A program made the translations under genes and the position numbers. A DNA stretch of 64,000 bases from an uncultured Methylomirabilota bacterium (lineage in GTDB: Bacteria > Methylomirabilota > Methylomirabilia > Methylomirabilales > 2-02-FULL-66-22): positions 3,840,001 to 3,904,000 of the forward strand of contig OY970067.1 of the NCBI GenBank assembly GCA_963705305.1, read 5' to 3'. The notes beneath the pieces were generated by a model. It saw nothing but the letters and a program-made list of their open reading frames with translations. It was not told the origin of the DNA and searched no databases. Position 1 is the stretch's first letter. Each line of letters begins with the position of its first letter. Positions 9,218 to 19,900 of this stretch are shown in pieces.

Positions 9218-9475
9218 GTGACCGACACAAAGCGGACCGAAGACAAGGCACCGGCAATGTGTCCCTACTGGCACGAGGTCGCCGCCGATTTCACCTCCAT
9301 GTATCCGGCCGGCGGGTACTGCATTGCGGGCTGCCATAAGAAGGTCAAGGCAATGGCCGGAAAAACCGTCGAAGACCTCTGCCTCTTGAACTACGAAGGG
9401 TGCGAGGGCTACCGGCGTGTCCGGGCCGAGGAAGAGGAAAAGGCCGACCAACGGCCGGAGACGCTCCGGCGGTAG
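9218..9475 (+). CDS. Small Cys-rich hypothetical protein (85 aa)
   Basis: [11 protein letters not shown] and own promoter; CPYW...YCIAGCH...LCLLNYEGCEGY. Confidence 0.65.
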   Translation: MTDTKRTEDKAPAMCPYWHEVAADFTSMYPAGGYCIAGCHKKVKAMAGKTVEDLCLLNYEGCEGYRRVRAEEEEKADQRPETLRR

Positions 9476-9750
9476 CCGGCCTCCGGCGGCCTGCTCTCGT
9501 GCGCGCGGTCTAGCCTTCCACCCCCCCCTTGCAACGCGGAAGTTGTGCAGCCGGCTGCGCAGGTCACCGCCCCTGACCCGGGTATTCCGCTGAGCCCCCT
9601 GCCGTTCCGACCCCTGTTCGCTTTCCGGAATGTATCAATGGTCATGAGCTGCAAGGCGCGCGCCGCGCGGGCGGCCATTTTCGTGGCCGTGAGCGGCCGG
9701 CAGTCTCGGCGGAGTCGGGAAAGGAGCGTGATGCGGCGGGCCGGGACGAT

Positions 9751-10176
9751 TCAGGAGGAAAGGGGTGGGGCGGCCGCCAGAAAGTCCTGGGCCTTGGCCA
9801 GCAGGTCGCGAGCGGTCTGGAAGGTCACGCGCTTCAGCGCCTCCGGGTAGGGCAGCCAGACATATCCGCAATGCTCGTGAGACAGCGTCACCTCGCTCGC
9901 TTGGGTCGACGCCAGGAAATAGATCACCTCTTTCAGTCGGGCCTTGCCGGCTTTGCGGTAGACGTACTGCATGCTCTGCCGGAATCCGGGGATGAACCGG
10001 GCCTCCCGAATACCGGTTTCCTCTGCCAGTTCCCGCCGCGCAGTGGTCAGCGGGTCCTCTCCCGTTTCAATATGCCCTTTGGGGAAATCCCAATGGGTTC
10101 CGTAATCAAGGACGAGAAACTCCCGCGGGAGTCCGTCTCGAAAGAGAATGACGCCGGCGGAGACTTCGCGCTGCAT
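9751..10176 (-). CDS. NUDIX hydrolase, Ap4A hydrolase-like
   Basis: SAGVILFR, HWDFPKGHIETGEDPLTTARRELAEETGI Nudix box, LSHEH. Confidence 0.92.
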   Translation of the reverse strand: MQREVSAGVILFRDGLPREFLVLDYGTHWDFPKGHIETGEDPLTTARRELAEETGIREARFIPGFRQSMQYVYRKAGKARLKEVIYFLASTQASEVTLSHEHCGYVWLPYPEALKRVTFQTARDLLAKAQDFLAAAPPLSS

Positions 10177-10289
10177 GGCGCCTCCACTCCACTTATACTG
10201 TGCCAAGCCCTTGGCTGCCAATCTTCTTTCGGATATCCCCTTGCGGGCCGCCGCGCCGGAGGCTAGAGTGTAGAGGAGCGGAGGATGCC

Positions 10290-10415
10290 ATGCGCCCTGG
10301 CGCGCCGAGGATCGGTCGAAAGGTTCCGCGAAGCTCCTATCAGCAGGACCGACGCACGATCCTGAAGCACGTTGCCAAGCTGCGAAAGATCAAGCCCGCC
10401 GGAAGGGGGAAGTGA
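10290..10415 (+). CDS. Small, very basic hypothetical protein (41 aa)
   Basis: RBS GGAGG; MRPGAPRIGRKVPRSSYQQDRRTILKHVAKLRKIKPAGRGK; GC3-typical codons. Confidence 0.5.
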   Translation: MRPGAPRIGRKVPRSSYQQDRRTILKHVAKLRKIKPAGRGK

Positions 10416-10428
10416 CGCCCGTCCCGCA

Positions 10429-10562
10429 GCACGGAGCATGGCGCAGAGGGCACGGAGCATCCAGGTGCCCCGCGCGTGATGGCGAGACCCACTATGCCGC
10501 ATGCTCGTTGCTGCGTGTCCCCGATCGCCGATCCCTGATTCCTGACAACTGACCGCTCACCG
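10429..10562. repeat. Degenerate heptamer tandem repeats (intergenic)
   Basis: GCACGGA-GCATGGC-GCAGAGG-GCACGGA and CCGATCG-CCGATCC-CTGATTC-CTGACAA-CTGACCG-CTCACCG. Confidence 0.6.
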
Positions 10563-10583
10563 ATGCCTCCAAGGAGCCCCAGC

Positions 10584-11033
10584 ATGAATCAACATCGGAC
10601 ACTGCCGACCCGCGCGGACTTCCGATTCTGGCGATCCGAGACCGTCCGCTGGGGGGATATGGACGCCCTGGGGCACGTGAACAACGCCGTCTACTTTCAG
10701 TACCTGGAGTCCGCCCGGGTCGGTTACTTTGAGGCCCTGGGCCGGAACATGCACGGGTCCGGCGAGAGGCAGTTCGCGCCGGTGGTGGTGTCCCAAACCT
10801 TCAACTACCGTCGGCAGGTTCGATATCCGGAGGAGCTCGAGATCGGGGTCTGCTGCACCGAGTTCAGGCATCGGAGCTTCGTGCTGAGCTACGCCATCTT
10901 TCGGAAGGGCAGCGAGACGCTGCTGGGCGACGGCAGCACGGTCCTCGTCTGGATGGATTCCGCCGCCCGGCGGGCCGTCGAGGTGCCGGAGGACCTCCGC
11001 CGCGCCCTCGAAAGCCAGGGAGATCCCCCTTGA
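10584..11033 (+). CDS. Acyl-CoA thioesterase (4HBT/hotdog family)
   Basis: VRWGDMDALGHVNNAVYFQYLESAR. Confidence 0.92.
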   Translation: MNQHRTLPTRADFRFWRSETVRWGDMDALGHVNNAVYFQYLESARVGYFEALGRNMHGSGERQFAPVVVSQTFNYRRQVRYPEELEIGVCCTEFRHRSFVLSYAIFRKGSETLLGDGSTVLVWMDSAARRAVEVPEDLRRALESQGDPP

Positions 11034-11068
11034 AGGCCAAGGGAATCCCCTGTCGATTCCGAGAGTCC

Positions 11069-11968
11069 TTACGCGAACGGCGCCGGATGCCCCAGCAGGC
11101 GGGCGTAGGCCTCCAGGTATTTCTCGCGGGTCCGTGCCACAATCTCGGCCGGCAGCGGCGGCGGCGGCGGCTTTTGCGGCCATCGGATGGAGAGCAGGTA
11201 GTCCCGCAGAAACTGCTTGTCGAATGAGGGCTGGGGACCACCAGGCCTGTAGCCGTCCTTGGGCCAGAACCGGGAGGAGTCGGGGGTCAATACTTCGTCC
11301 ACCAGGATCAGCCCCGCTCCACAGCGTCCGAACTCGAACTTGGTGTCGGCCAGGATGATCCCCCGGCTCTCGGCCAGGTTCCGAGCCCGCCGGTAGACCT
11401 GGATGCTCAGATCTCTCAAACGCTCCGCCACGTCGCTCCCCACGCGCTGCGCCATGTAGGCGAAGGCCACGTTTTCGTCGTGAGTCCCGAGTTCCGCCTT
11501 GGTGGCCGGGGTGAAGATGGGTTCCGGCAGGCGGTCGGATTCCACCAAGCCGGCCGGCAGGCGGATGCCGCACACCGACCCGTCACGCTGATACTCCTTC
11601 CATCCCGACCCGCTCAAGTAGCCGCGAACCACGCACTCGAAGGGGATTACCTCCGCCTTCTTGACAAGCATGGACCGGTCCTTGAGCATGTCCACGTAGG
11701 GCCGGCAGGCCGCCGGAAACTCTTCGGCATTGGCGCTGAGTAGATGGGTGGGGCAGATTCCGGCGATCTGATCGAACCAGAAAGTCGAGATGTGGGTGAG
11801 AATCTTCCCCTTGTCCGGGATGGGGTCGTTCATCACCACGTCGAAGGCCGAGATTCGATCGGACGCCACGATCAGCAGGGCGTCCCCCAGGTCATAGATG
11901 TCCCGGACTTTTCCCCGCCCCCTGAGCGGGAGGGTCGAAAGCTGCGTTTCGAATAGCGCGGCGCCCAT
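11069..11968 (-). CDS. purC: Phosphoribosylaminoimidazole-succinocarboxamide synthase
   Basis: [47 protein letters not shown]. Confidence 0.97.
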   Translation of the reverse strand: MGAALFETQLSTLPLRGRGKVRDIYDLGDALLIVASDRISAFDVVMNDPIPDKGKILTHISTFWFDQIAGICPTHLLSANAEEFPAACRPYVDMLKDRSMLVKKAEVIPFECVVRGYLSGSGWKEYQRDGSVCGIRLPAGLVESDRLPEPIFTPATKAELGTHDENVAFAYMAQRVGSDVAERLRDLSIQVYRRARNLAESRGIILADTKFEFGRCGAGLILVDEVLTPDSSRFWPKDGYRPGGPQPSFDKQFLRDYLLSIRWPQKPPPPPLPAEIVARTREKYLEAYARLLGHPAPFA

Positions 11969-12154
11969 GCTCTCCTCCGGAATGGTTCTTGGGGGTGAAC
12001 GACGAATCGCTCCATCCTAGCACAGCGCGGGCAGGGGCTGGAGAGAAATTTCTGCCGCGTTTCGGGATCCCGCCCGGAGCCCGTGCGTGCAGGGTCCGGC
12101 CGGGCAACCGGCACCATTTGCAGCGAGGCCTGCGTATGTTAGGATACGTGCATT

Positions 12155-14257
12155 ATGCCCACTCTGTGTAGACCGGCCACACGCCGGTTGCTGGTCGGCG
12201 CGTGGGTCGTGGTGCTGTGCTTCGGCCTGCAGTGCCGACCGGCCGCCGGATTCAGCGCGGATCCGGAGAAGGACCTGGCCCACCTCGACCGTTTGGAGAT
12301 CTTCCAGCCAGGCGAGCCGACCATTCTGTACTCCGTCCGGGGGGAGCCTTTCGCCACTCTGGCGCCCGAATACCGCATCTTCGTCCCGCTGAGCGGAATT
12401 CCCAAGCTGGTGCGCGAGGCCGTGCTGGACGTGGAGGATGCGCAGTTCTATCAGCACGGGGCCATCAGCTTGAAGGGGATGGCGCGGGCGGCGCTCCGCA
12501 ATCTGACGTCGGGCAAGGTCCGGGAAGGTGGGAGCACCATCACCCAGCAGTTGGCCAAGAGCCTCTTCCTCAGCCCGGAGCGGACGCTCAGCCGTAAGTT
12601 CAAGGAAATCGAATTGGCCGTGGAGATCGAGCGCAGGTACAGCAAGGACAAGATCCTGGAAATGTATCTGAACACCATCTACTTCGGGGGCGGGGCCTAC
12701 GGCATCGAGGCGGCGGCGCGGACGTATTTCAACAAGACGGTGGAACAGCTCTCACTGCCAGAGGCCGCGCTGCTGGCCGGACTACCGAAGGCGCCTAGCG
12801 CCTATTCCCCCTTCAACGATCTCAAGCGGGCGCGGGAGCGGCGGAATTACGTGCTGAAACGAATGCAGGAGGAGGGGCACATCACGGCGGCGCAGGCCAG
12901 ACTCGCCATGGCCCGTCCCGTGGTGCTGAGCCCGTTCTTCCGGGTGCGCGGCGCGGCGCCGTATTTCGTGGACTACGTGCGGAAGGAGTTGGTGGCGAAA
13001 TACGGTCCCGTCCAGGCGATGCGGGGCGGCCTGCGGGTGCAGACGACCCTGGACCTGGAGATGCAGCGGACAGCTGCGGAGATCCTGCGCAATGGGGTCA
13101 GGGATGTCGAGAGGACCTTGGCGGGTAAACGGAAAGCCGGCGCTCCCCCGCTGCCGGGGCTCGAAGGGGCCCTGGTGGCGCTGGATCCCGCGACGGGGGG
13201 AATCCGCGCCATGGTGGGAGGGGTGGACTACAACCGCAGCCAGTTCAACCGCGCGGTTCAGGCCCAGCGACAGCCGGGTTCGGCTTTCAAGCCGTTCGTC
13301 TACGCTACGGCCTTCGACCGAGGCTACAGCCCGGCGGGGCTCCTGGATGATTTTCCGATCAGCTACTCCATCCCGCAGGGGGACAAGCTGGTGGAGTGGA
13401 GCCCCGAGAACTTCGATCGCCAGTACCGCGGGCTTGTGACGCTGCGCCATGCGCTGGAGGACTCCATCAATGTTCCGACGGTCCGCCTGATGGAAGGGGT
13501 GGGCGTGGAGCCGGTGATCGCCCTCGCGCACCGGATGGGGATCACCTCCGAGCTTCGGCCGGAGCTGGCCCTGGCCCTGGGGGTCTCGGAGGTGAATCTG
13601 CTCGAGCTGACCTCCGCCTACGGCGTCTTGGCGGACCGCGGGATCCGGGTGGCGCCGAGTGGAATCGGGCGGATCCTTTCCCCCAACGGCAGCGTACTGG
13701 AGACGGTTGCTCCTTTCGGCGAGCGCGTCTTGCGGGAGGGAGTGGCGTTCATTGTCACCAGCATCCTCCAGGGGGCGGTGGAGCGGGGCACCGCCAAGCG
13801 GGCCAAGGTGCCGGGGTGGGAGGTGGCGGCGAAGACGGGAACCAGTCAGGGCGCGGACAACGTCTGGCTGATGGGCTACACCCCGACGCTGGTGACGGGG
13901 CTGTGGCTGGGCTACGATCAGCCCCGCTCTCTGGGGACGTACGAGAGTGCGGGACGGCTGGCGGCGCCCATCTGGGCGGAGTTCATGCGGGCCGTGCTGA
14001 AAGGGCAGACGCCGCAAATTGAGGCCATTCCTGAGAGCGTCTTCCCCGCCTACGTGGATTATCAGACCGGCGCCCCGGCCGAGGCGGGCAGTCCGGACGC
14101 GATTCAGGAATTCTTCCTGCGGGGAGATACCACGCCGGCGGGGACTGCCGGTATCCCCGGGCCCCCGCTCTCCCCCCTGCCCGGCACGCCCCAGGCGCCC
14201 CTTCCTCCTGTCAGCCAGCCGCTGGCACCTCTGCCCGCGGGTGCCGGCGACCGGTAG
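12155..14257 (+). CDS. Class A penicillin-binding protein (PBP1A family)
   Basis: Transglycosylase GGSTITQQLAK and KILEMYLN; transpeptidase SAFK, SIN, KTG. Confidence 0.95.
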   Translation: MPTLCRPATRRLLVGAWVVVLCFGLQCRPAAGFSADPEKDLAHLDRLEIFQPGEPTILYSVRGEPFATLAPEYRIFVPLSGIPKLVREAVLDVEDAQFYQHGAISLKGMARAALRNLTSGKVREGGSTITQQLAKSLFLSPERTLSRKFKEIELAVEIERRYSKDKILEMYLNTIYFGGGAYGIEAAARTYFNKTVEQLSLPEAALLAGLPKAPSAYSPFNDLKRARERRNYVLKRMQEEGHITAAQARLAMARPVVLSPFFRVRGAAPYFVDYVRKELVAKYGPVQAMRGGLRVQTTLDLEMQRTAAEILRNGVRDVERTLAGKRKAGAPPLPGLEGALVALDPATGGIRAMVGGVDYNRSQFNRAVQAQRQPGSAFKPFVYATAFDRGYSPAGLLDDFPISYSIPQGDKLVEWSPENFDRQYRGLVTLRHALEDSINVPTVRLMEGVGVEPVIALAHRMGITSELRPELALALGVSEVNLLELTSAYGVLADRGIRVAPSGIGRILSPNGSVLETVAPFGERVLREGVAFIVTSILQGAVERGTAKRAKVPGWEVAAKTGTSQGADNVWLMGYTPTLVTGLWLGYDQPRSLGTYESAGRLAAPIWAEFMRAVLKGQTPQIEAIPESVFPAYVDYQTGAPAEAGSPDAIQEFFLRGDTTPAGTAGIPGPPLSPLPGTPQAPLPPVSQPLAPLPAGAGDR

Positions 14258-14285
14258 GCCGCGCCGGCCAAGGCGGAGTAGGATT

Positions 14286-15251
14286 TCACGGAATGAGCAG
14301 CACCTTTCCTGCGGTCTCCCGGCCTTCCAAAAGGCGATGAGCCTCCGCGGCCTCGCTCAGGGGGAGCGACCGGTGGATGTGGAGCCTGAGCTGGCCCGCT
14401 GCAATCCAGCCGAACACCTCGCGCGCCCGCTGGAGTAGCTCGTCCCGGGTGGCCGTGTACTGTGTCAGACCGGGGCGCGTCAGGAAGACCGCAAGCTTGG
14501 CCAGCCGGGCGGGATCGAAGGGGGGCACGGGCCCGCTGGACTGGCCGAAAAGCGCCAGCGTGCCCCGCAACCCCACGCACTGGAGGCTCTTGTCGAATGT
14601 GGTCTTACCCACGGAATCGTAAACGACGTTGACCCCCTTTCCGCCGGTGAATCGCATCACCTCCGCCTCGAAGTCCTGCTCGGCGTAGAGGATCACCTCG
14701 TCCGCCCCCGCCTCGCGCGCCAGCGCTGCCTTCTCCCTGGTGGAGACGGTCCCGAAGACGCGCGCCCCCCGTTGCTTCGCCAGCTGGATCAGGAGCAGTC
14801 CAACCCCGCCGGCGGCCGCGTGGACCAGGGCCGTATCACCAGGCCTCAAAGGGTAGGTGCTGGAGGCCAGATAGTGCGCGGTCATTCCCTGGAGAGTGGC
14901 GGCGGCGGCGGTGCGGGCGTCGATGGTCGCGGGGAGGGGGATCAAGCGGTCGGCGGTCACCACGGCATATTCCGCGTACGCGCCGAGGGACGGCGCATAG
15001 CTCACCCGATCGCCCACCGCGACCGCCGCGACGTCCGGCCCCACCGCGACGACCGTTCCAGCGGCCTCGCTGCCGGGGATCAGGGGCAGAGGGGCCTTGT
15101 ACAGGCCGGCCCGGAAGTAGCAATCGAGGAAGTTGAGGCCGATCGCCTCCACCTTGACGAGCGCCTGCCCGGGCCCGGGTGTCGGCTGGGGGATGTCCTC
15201 GGAGCGCAGCACCTCGGGCCCCCCCACTCCATGTATGCGCACGGCTTTCAT
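14286..15251 (-). CDS. qor: NADPH:quinone oxidoreductase (zeta-crystallin family)
   Basis: MKAVRIHGVGGPEVL, LQGMTAHYL, VHAAAGGVGLLLIQLAK, YDSVGKTTF, GKVLLIP. Confidence 0.9.
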   Translation of the reverse strand: MKAVRIHGVGGPEVLRSEDIPQPTPGPGQALVKVEAIGLNFLDCYFRAGLYKAPLPLIPGSEAAGTVVAVGPDVAAVAVGDRVSYAPSLGAYAEYAVVTADRLIPLPATIDARTAAAATLQGMTAHYLASSTYPLRPGDTALVHAAAGGVGLLLIQLAKQRGARVFGTVSTREKAALAREAGADEVILYAEQDFEAEVMRFTGGKGVNVVYDSVGKTTFDKSLQCVGLRGTLALFGQSSGPVPPFDPARLAKLAVFLTRPGLTQYTATRDELLQRAREVFGWIAAGQLRLHIHRSLPLSEAAEAHRLLEGRETAGKVLLIP

Positions 15252-15298
15252 CGTCTCTCCTTTCCGGGGGCGCAGCCGACCGCGTGTCGGACCGGCGA

Positions 15299-15359
15299 GC
15301 CCCATTCCGAAAATATCTCACCGCCAAGGCGCCAAGAGGGCCCTGCCAATTTCGAAATT
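15299..15359. repeat. Dispersed repeat, copy 2 (half element) abutting the truncated cytochrome c'
   Basis: Reverse complement of 9079-9139 with one mismatch. Confidence 0.88.
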
Positions 15360-15759
15360 TGACCATGCCCTGGACGGCGGCGGCGTCCTTGGCCGCGGCG
15401 GCATCGCGGAGCTTTTCGGCCAAATTCTGCATGGTCGAGGCTTCCTTGACGAAGGCATCCCAGTTCTGCCAGATCTCCGGCTTGGCCTTGGACTTGTCGC
15501 TGAGGGATCCCTCCGGGAAGAGGACAGGGATGTGCATGGCGTTGACGGCCAGGGTCTCGGCATTGACGGCCACCGCCTCGATATTGCCCGCCTTGACCTT
15601 GTCCTGAATGTCCTTCCAGCTGGCCCCGTTCAACTTCATGAGTCGCTGGCGATTGGCGATCACATCGCCGGATCCCACCTTGGCGGCCTGCATGGCCGCG
15701 TAGGCCACGGTCCCGAAGAGAACCGCGCTGCCCAGCGCCAGCGCAACGAGAGAAGCCAT
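15360..15759 (-). pseudogene. Cytochrome c' (class II cytochrome c), 3'-truncated before the heme motif
   Basis: Signal peptide, IANRQRLMK, LFPEGS..SKAKPEIWQNWDAF..LRDAAAAKD; the C-terminal CxxCH is absent and replaced by the repeat. Confidence 0.8.
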
Positions 15760-16487
15760 GTGAGTCCGGTCGTCGGATCCGGAGTGATGTTGGGGACCAC
15801 AGAATTCTCCGGGCCGTTCTGGTTGCCGGCCAGGAAGCGGGAGTTGTCCACCGCCATGGTGAGGCCGCGCGGGGTGTGGCATTCCCCGCAGTGACCGACG
15901 GCCCGAACGAGGTACTCGCCACGGGCGGGGCCCGAGGTGGGGGCCGTTGGCGGCGGCGTCTCCTTGGGGGCGAATGCGGCCAGCCAGGCGGGGAGGAAGA
16001 CGCTTTCAAAAAAAGGGACGATGATCTTCTTGGGCTGGTTCGGTCGGTGGATGGGAGGGAGGGAGCGCAAGTAGGCCACCAGGGCCCGCAGGTCCTCCTC
16101 CGCCATGCCGTTGAAGACAGTATAGGGATGGACGGGGATCAGCCGTTCGCCATCGGGCCTTCGGCCCAAGCGGATGGCGGCGATGATCTCGTCGTCCGCC
16201 CAGGATCCAATGCCGGTTTCCCGGTCGGGAGTGATGTTCGAAGAATACACCGTACCGAACGGCCCGTCGTAACGGCGTCCCCCCGCGTTCAGGAGTGTTG
16301 ACGCCTTGCCCGGCTCGGTATGGCAGCCGCCTGCCGCTCCAAAGATATATTTCCCTCTGGCCAACACATCCGGCGGAAGCGGGGCCGCCGACGCTGAAAG
16401 AGCCAGACAGAGAATGCCGGCCCCGACGAGCAGGAGGGCCGCCGTCTGCCGGAGACCGAAGTCAGTCCAGAGCAGGGGTCGAGTCAT
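15756..16487 (-). pseudogene. Diheme cytochrome c (dehydrogenase cytochrome-subunit-like), truncated
   Basis: RGKYIF..GGCHT (first motif has only one Cys), SSNITPDRETGIGSW, RGEYLV..HCGECHTPR, PNITPDPTTGLTW, then runs out of frame into the cytochrome c' sequence. Confidence 0.75.
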
Positions 16488-16921
16488 GTTGCCTGTGCGC
16501 GCTTCGTCTTCTGGGATTGGGCCAAGGTTGCCGGACTATAGCACGGCAACCCGGTTGCGCCTAGCATGCAGAACCGGTCAAAGGGCGGGGAAGTCTGTAG
16601 GCTCATTCACCGATTTTACGCATCCATGCGGCTCGGCCGATTTCCCGCCGGGAAGGGTATTCAGGGGGTCTCGGCAACCCTTCCATTCAGGGTGCATTGA
16701 CAAGTGTGCAACCCGCAGGTATATAAGGTTTACAAAATTGAGTAAGTCCGCCTGATGAAGGGACGCGACGGCTCTTGGGTCGGGCATTGGTCGCCCGACT
16801 GGATGGCTGAAATCGCGTCCGCAGGCCATTCGGCCCTGTGGCGGATCATCAGTGCACCCGGAATGTCCGGACCGACCTTCCAGGGGGCCACCCAAGCCGC
16901 GGGAGAGAACTGGGAACGCCC

Positions 16922-19900
16922 ATGGCCAGATTCTCCCTTTCCAGTCTTCGGACTCGTTTGCTTCTGCTGGCGGTGATTGCCGTGGTCCCGGCACTGGCCC
17001 TGATCATCTCCGCGGGGCTGGAGCAGCGACGGCACGCTGCGACTGATGCGCAGCGGGAGTCGCTGATGTTGGCGCGCTCGACAGCCGCCGAGTACGGGCG
17101 GGACAGCGAGGGCATCCGGCAGCTGCTGATCGGCCTGGCGCAGGCTCCATTCGTGTGGTCGCCCAAGCCCGGTCGCTGCGATTCCTTTTTCGCCGATCTC
17201 CTGAAGCGTTTTCCTTCCTACGCCAATGTCGCCCTCGCCGGGCTGGACGGAAATGTGGTGTGCAGCGGGCTACCGTTCCCACGTCCGGTCAATATCAAAG
17301 ACCGTACGTTCTTCCAGAAGGCCGTTCAGACCAGGGATTTTGCCGTCGGGGAATACCAGATCGGTCGCATCACCGGCAGAGCCGAGCTCAACTTCGGGTA
17401 CCCGGTTCTGAACGCCGGCGGCGACATCAGAGCCGTGGTTTTTGCGGCGCTTGATCTGAACCGGCTGATCCGGGTCGCGGCCGAGGCGTATCTGCCTGCC
17501 GGGAGCACGGTGACCCTGTTGGATGGCTCCGGGAAGGTCCTTGCTCGCCGTCCGGATCCGCAAAGGTTGGTGGGACAGATACTGCCGGAGGCGGCACTGA
17601 TCCGCGCGGCGGCGGCCGAGAAAGGGGAGGGGACGATCCAGCTGGCCGGCCTCGACAACCGTCCCCACATTTACGCCATAGCCCCTCTACGCGGCCTTTC
17701 AGGGGGGGGAATCACCTGCGTGGTGGCGATTCCCACCCGCCTGGTCTTCACCGAGGCCGACAGACTCCTAGTCCGCAACCTGGTGGGGCTGGGGATCGTG
17801 GGTCTATTGACGCTCGTCTTGGCGTGGGTAGGTGCGGACGTGTTCGTCCTGCGCCAGGTGAATGCCCTCACGCGCACCGCTCAGAAATTGAGCGATGGCG
17901 ACATGAGCGCCCGAACAGGGATGCGCCCCGGATCCGGAGAGCTGAGCCGGCTCGCCGGCACGTTCGACCACATGGCGGCGTCGGTCGAGCGGCACCTGGC
18001 GGCCCAAAAACAGGCGGAGGATGCGCTGAGGCGGGTCAACCTGCTGCTGAGGACGATGAGCGAGTCGAACCAAGCCCTGGTGTGCGCAAGGGACGAGGTC
18101 AGCCTCCTCCATCAGATTTGCCAGATCGTGGTTGAGGTCGGCGGGTACCGGCTGGCATGGGTCGGCGTCCCGGATCAGGACCAGAACAAGAGCATCCGCC
18201 CCGTGGCTCAGTGGGGGTACGAGGCCGGCTACCTCGAGACACTCAATCTCTCGTGGACGGAGAGGGAGCGGGAGGACGGGCCCACCGGCAGGGCGATCCG
18301 AACGGGTCAACCTATCCTGACCAAGGATATCCTCACGGATCCCCGCTTTGCCCCGTGGCGTGCCGAGGCCGTCAAGCGGGGCTATGTCTCGTCACTGGCG
18401 CTTCCGATAAGGGCAAATGGGGAGATTTTGGGGGCCCTCAGCGTGTACGCGGCAGAGGCCAACCGATTTGACGAGGAGGAGATCAAGCTCCTCTCGGAGC
18501 TCTCGGACGATCTGGCCTATGGGATTGAGTCGCTGCGCACGCGAGTGGCGCGGCAGCTGGCGGACACCGAGCGGGCCGCCCACGCCCATCGGCTGGAGGT
18601 GGTGCGCGCGATCACCACGGAGCTCACGCGGGAGCTGGACCTGACCACCCTGCTGCAGTTAATCGTCCGGGAGGCGGTGGGGCTGGTGGGAGCCGATTCG
18701 GGGATGCTGCGCCTCTTGGACGCGGACGGCCAGACGCTCGTCCCGCACGCCTGGACCGGCTACGGCACCGCCCGACCGGATCTGCCGCTCGCGCTCGGCG
18801 AGGGGGCGAGCGGGACGGCCGCCCGGCGGCGGGCCGGCCTCTGTGTGAACGATTTCCGGACGTCCCCTTACGCCACGGCTGCCCTCCTGGAGGCGACGAC
18901 TCACCACGCGGTCCTGGCCGAGCCGCTGCTCTACCGCGAACGGCTGTTGGGCGTCATCAACGTAAACCTCGAGGAGGCGGGCCGCCCCTTCACCCCGGCG
19001 GACCAAGAGATGCTGACTCTGTTTGCGAGCCAGGCCGCCATCGCCATCGAGAACGCCAGGCTATACGAGGAGACCCGCCGCCACGCCGCCGCCCTGGAGG
19101 AGCGGGTCGCCGAGCGGACGGCGGCGTTGGAGCGGGCCAACCGCGAGCTCGCCGCCGCCTCTCAACACAAGTCGGCGTTTCTCGCCAACATGTCCCACGA
19201 GATCCGGACGCCGCTCAATTCCGTCCTTGGCTTTGCCCAGGTCCTGCAATTGCAGACGGCGAATGTCCTGTCGGAGAAGCATACCCGATTCCTGAACAGC
19301 ATCTATTCCAGCGGCCTGCACCTCCTCAGCCTCATCAATGACATCTTAGACCTGTCCAAGGTTGAGGCAGGAAAGATCAGCCTCCGGCCGCAGCCCCTGC
19401 CCGTGGCCTCGACCGTGGAGGACGTCCTCGTCATTGCGCGGGGCCTGGCCAACAAGAAGTCGCAGACGATCGAAGTGGATATTGCCCCCGACCTGCCGAG
19501 CGTTCCCGCCGATCCCGTGCGCTTCAAGCAGATCCTGTTCAACCTCCTCTCCAATGCTGTGAAGTTCACCCCCGAAAGCGGGCGGATCACCCTCACGGCC
19601 CGCACGCTCGTAGAGGCGCCGGGGCGTAGAGGCGCCGAGGCGCAGGGAGACACGGGAGACAACTCACCCCGGCACCCCGGCACCCCGGCACCCCGGCAGT
19701 TCCTCGAAATCGCCGTGACCGATACCGGGATCGGGATCGAGGCCGAAGACCTTCCCAAACTTTTTCAGGAGTTCGTCCAACTCGACGCCGCGCGAAACCA
19801 GTCGCATGAAGGCACCGGCCTTGGCCTCGCCCTCACCAAACGGCTGGTCGAACTCCATGGGGGACGGATCTGGGCCACCTCGGCCGGTGAAGGACAGGGG

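Noticed and set aside
14836..15882. 348-aa cytochrome c' ORF with a long C-terminal extension
   Set aside because: The extension is read-through across the repeat and out-of-frame qor sequence after a truncation.
16753..16844. Hammerhead ribozyme suggested by CTGATGA...GAAA
   Set aside because: Stems II and III do not pair and the would-be cleavage triplet is GUG, not NUH.
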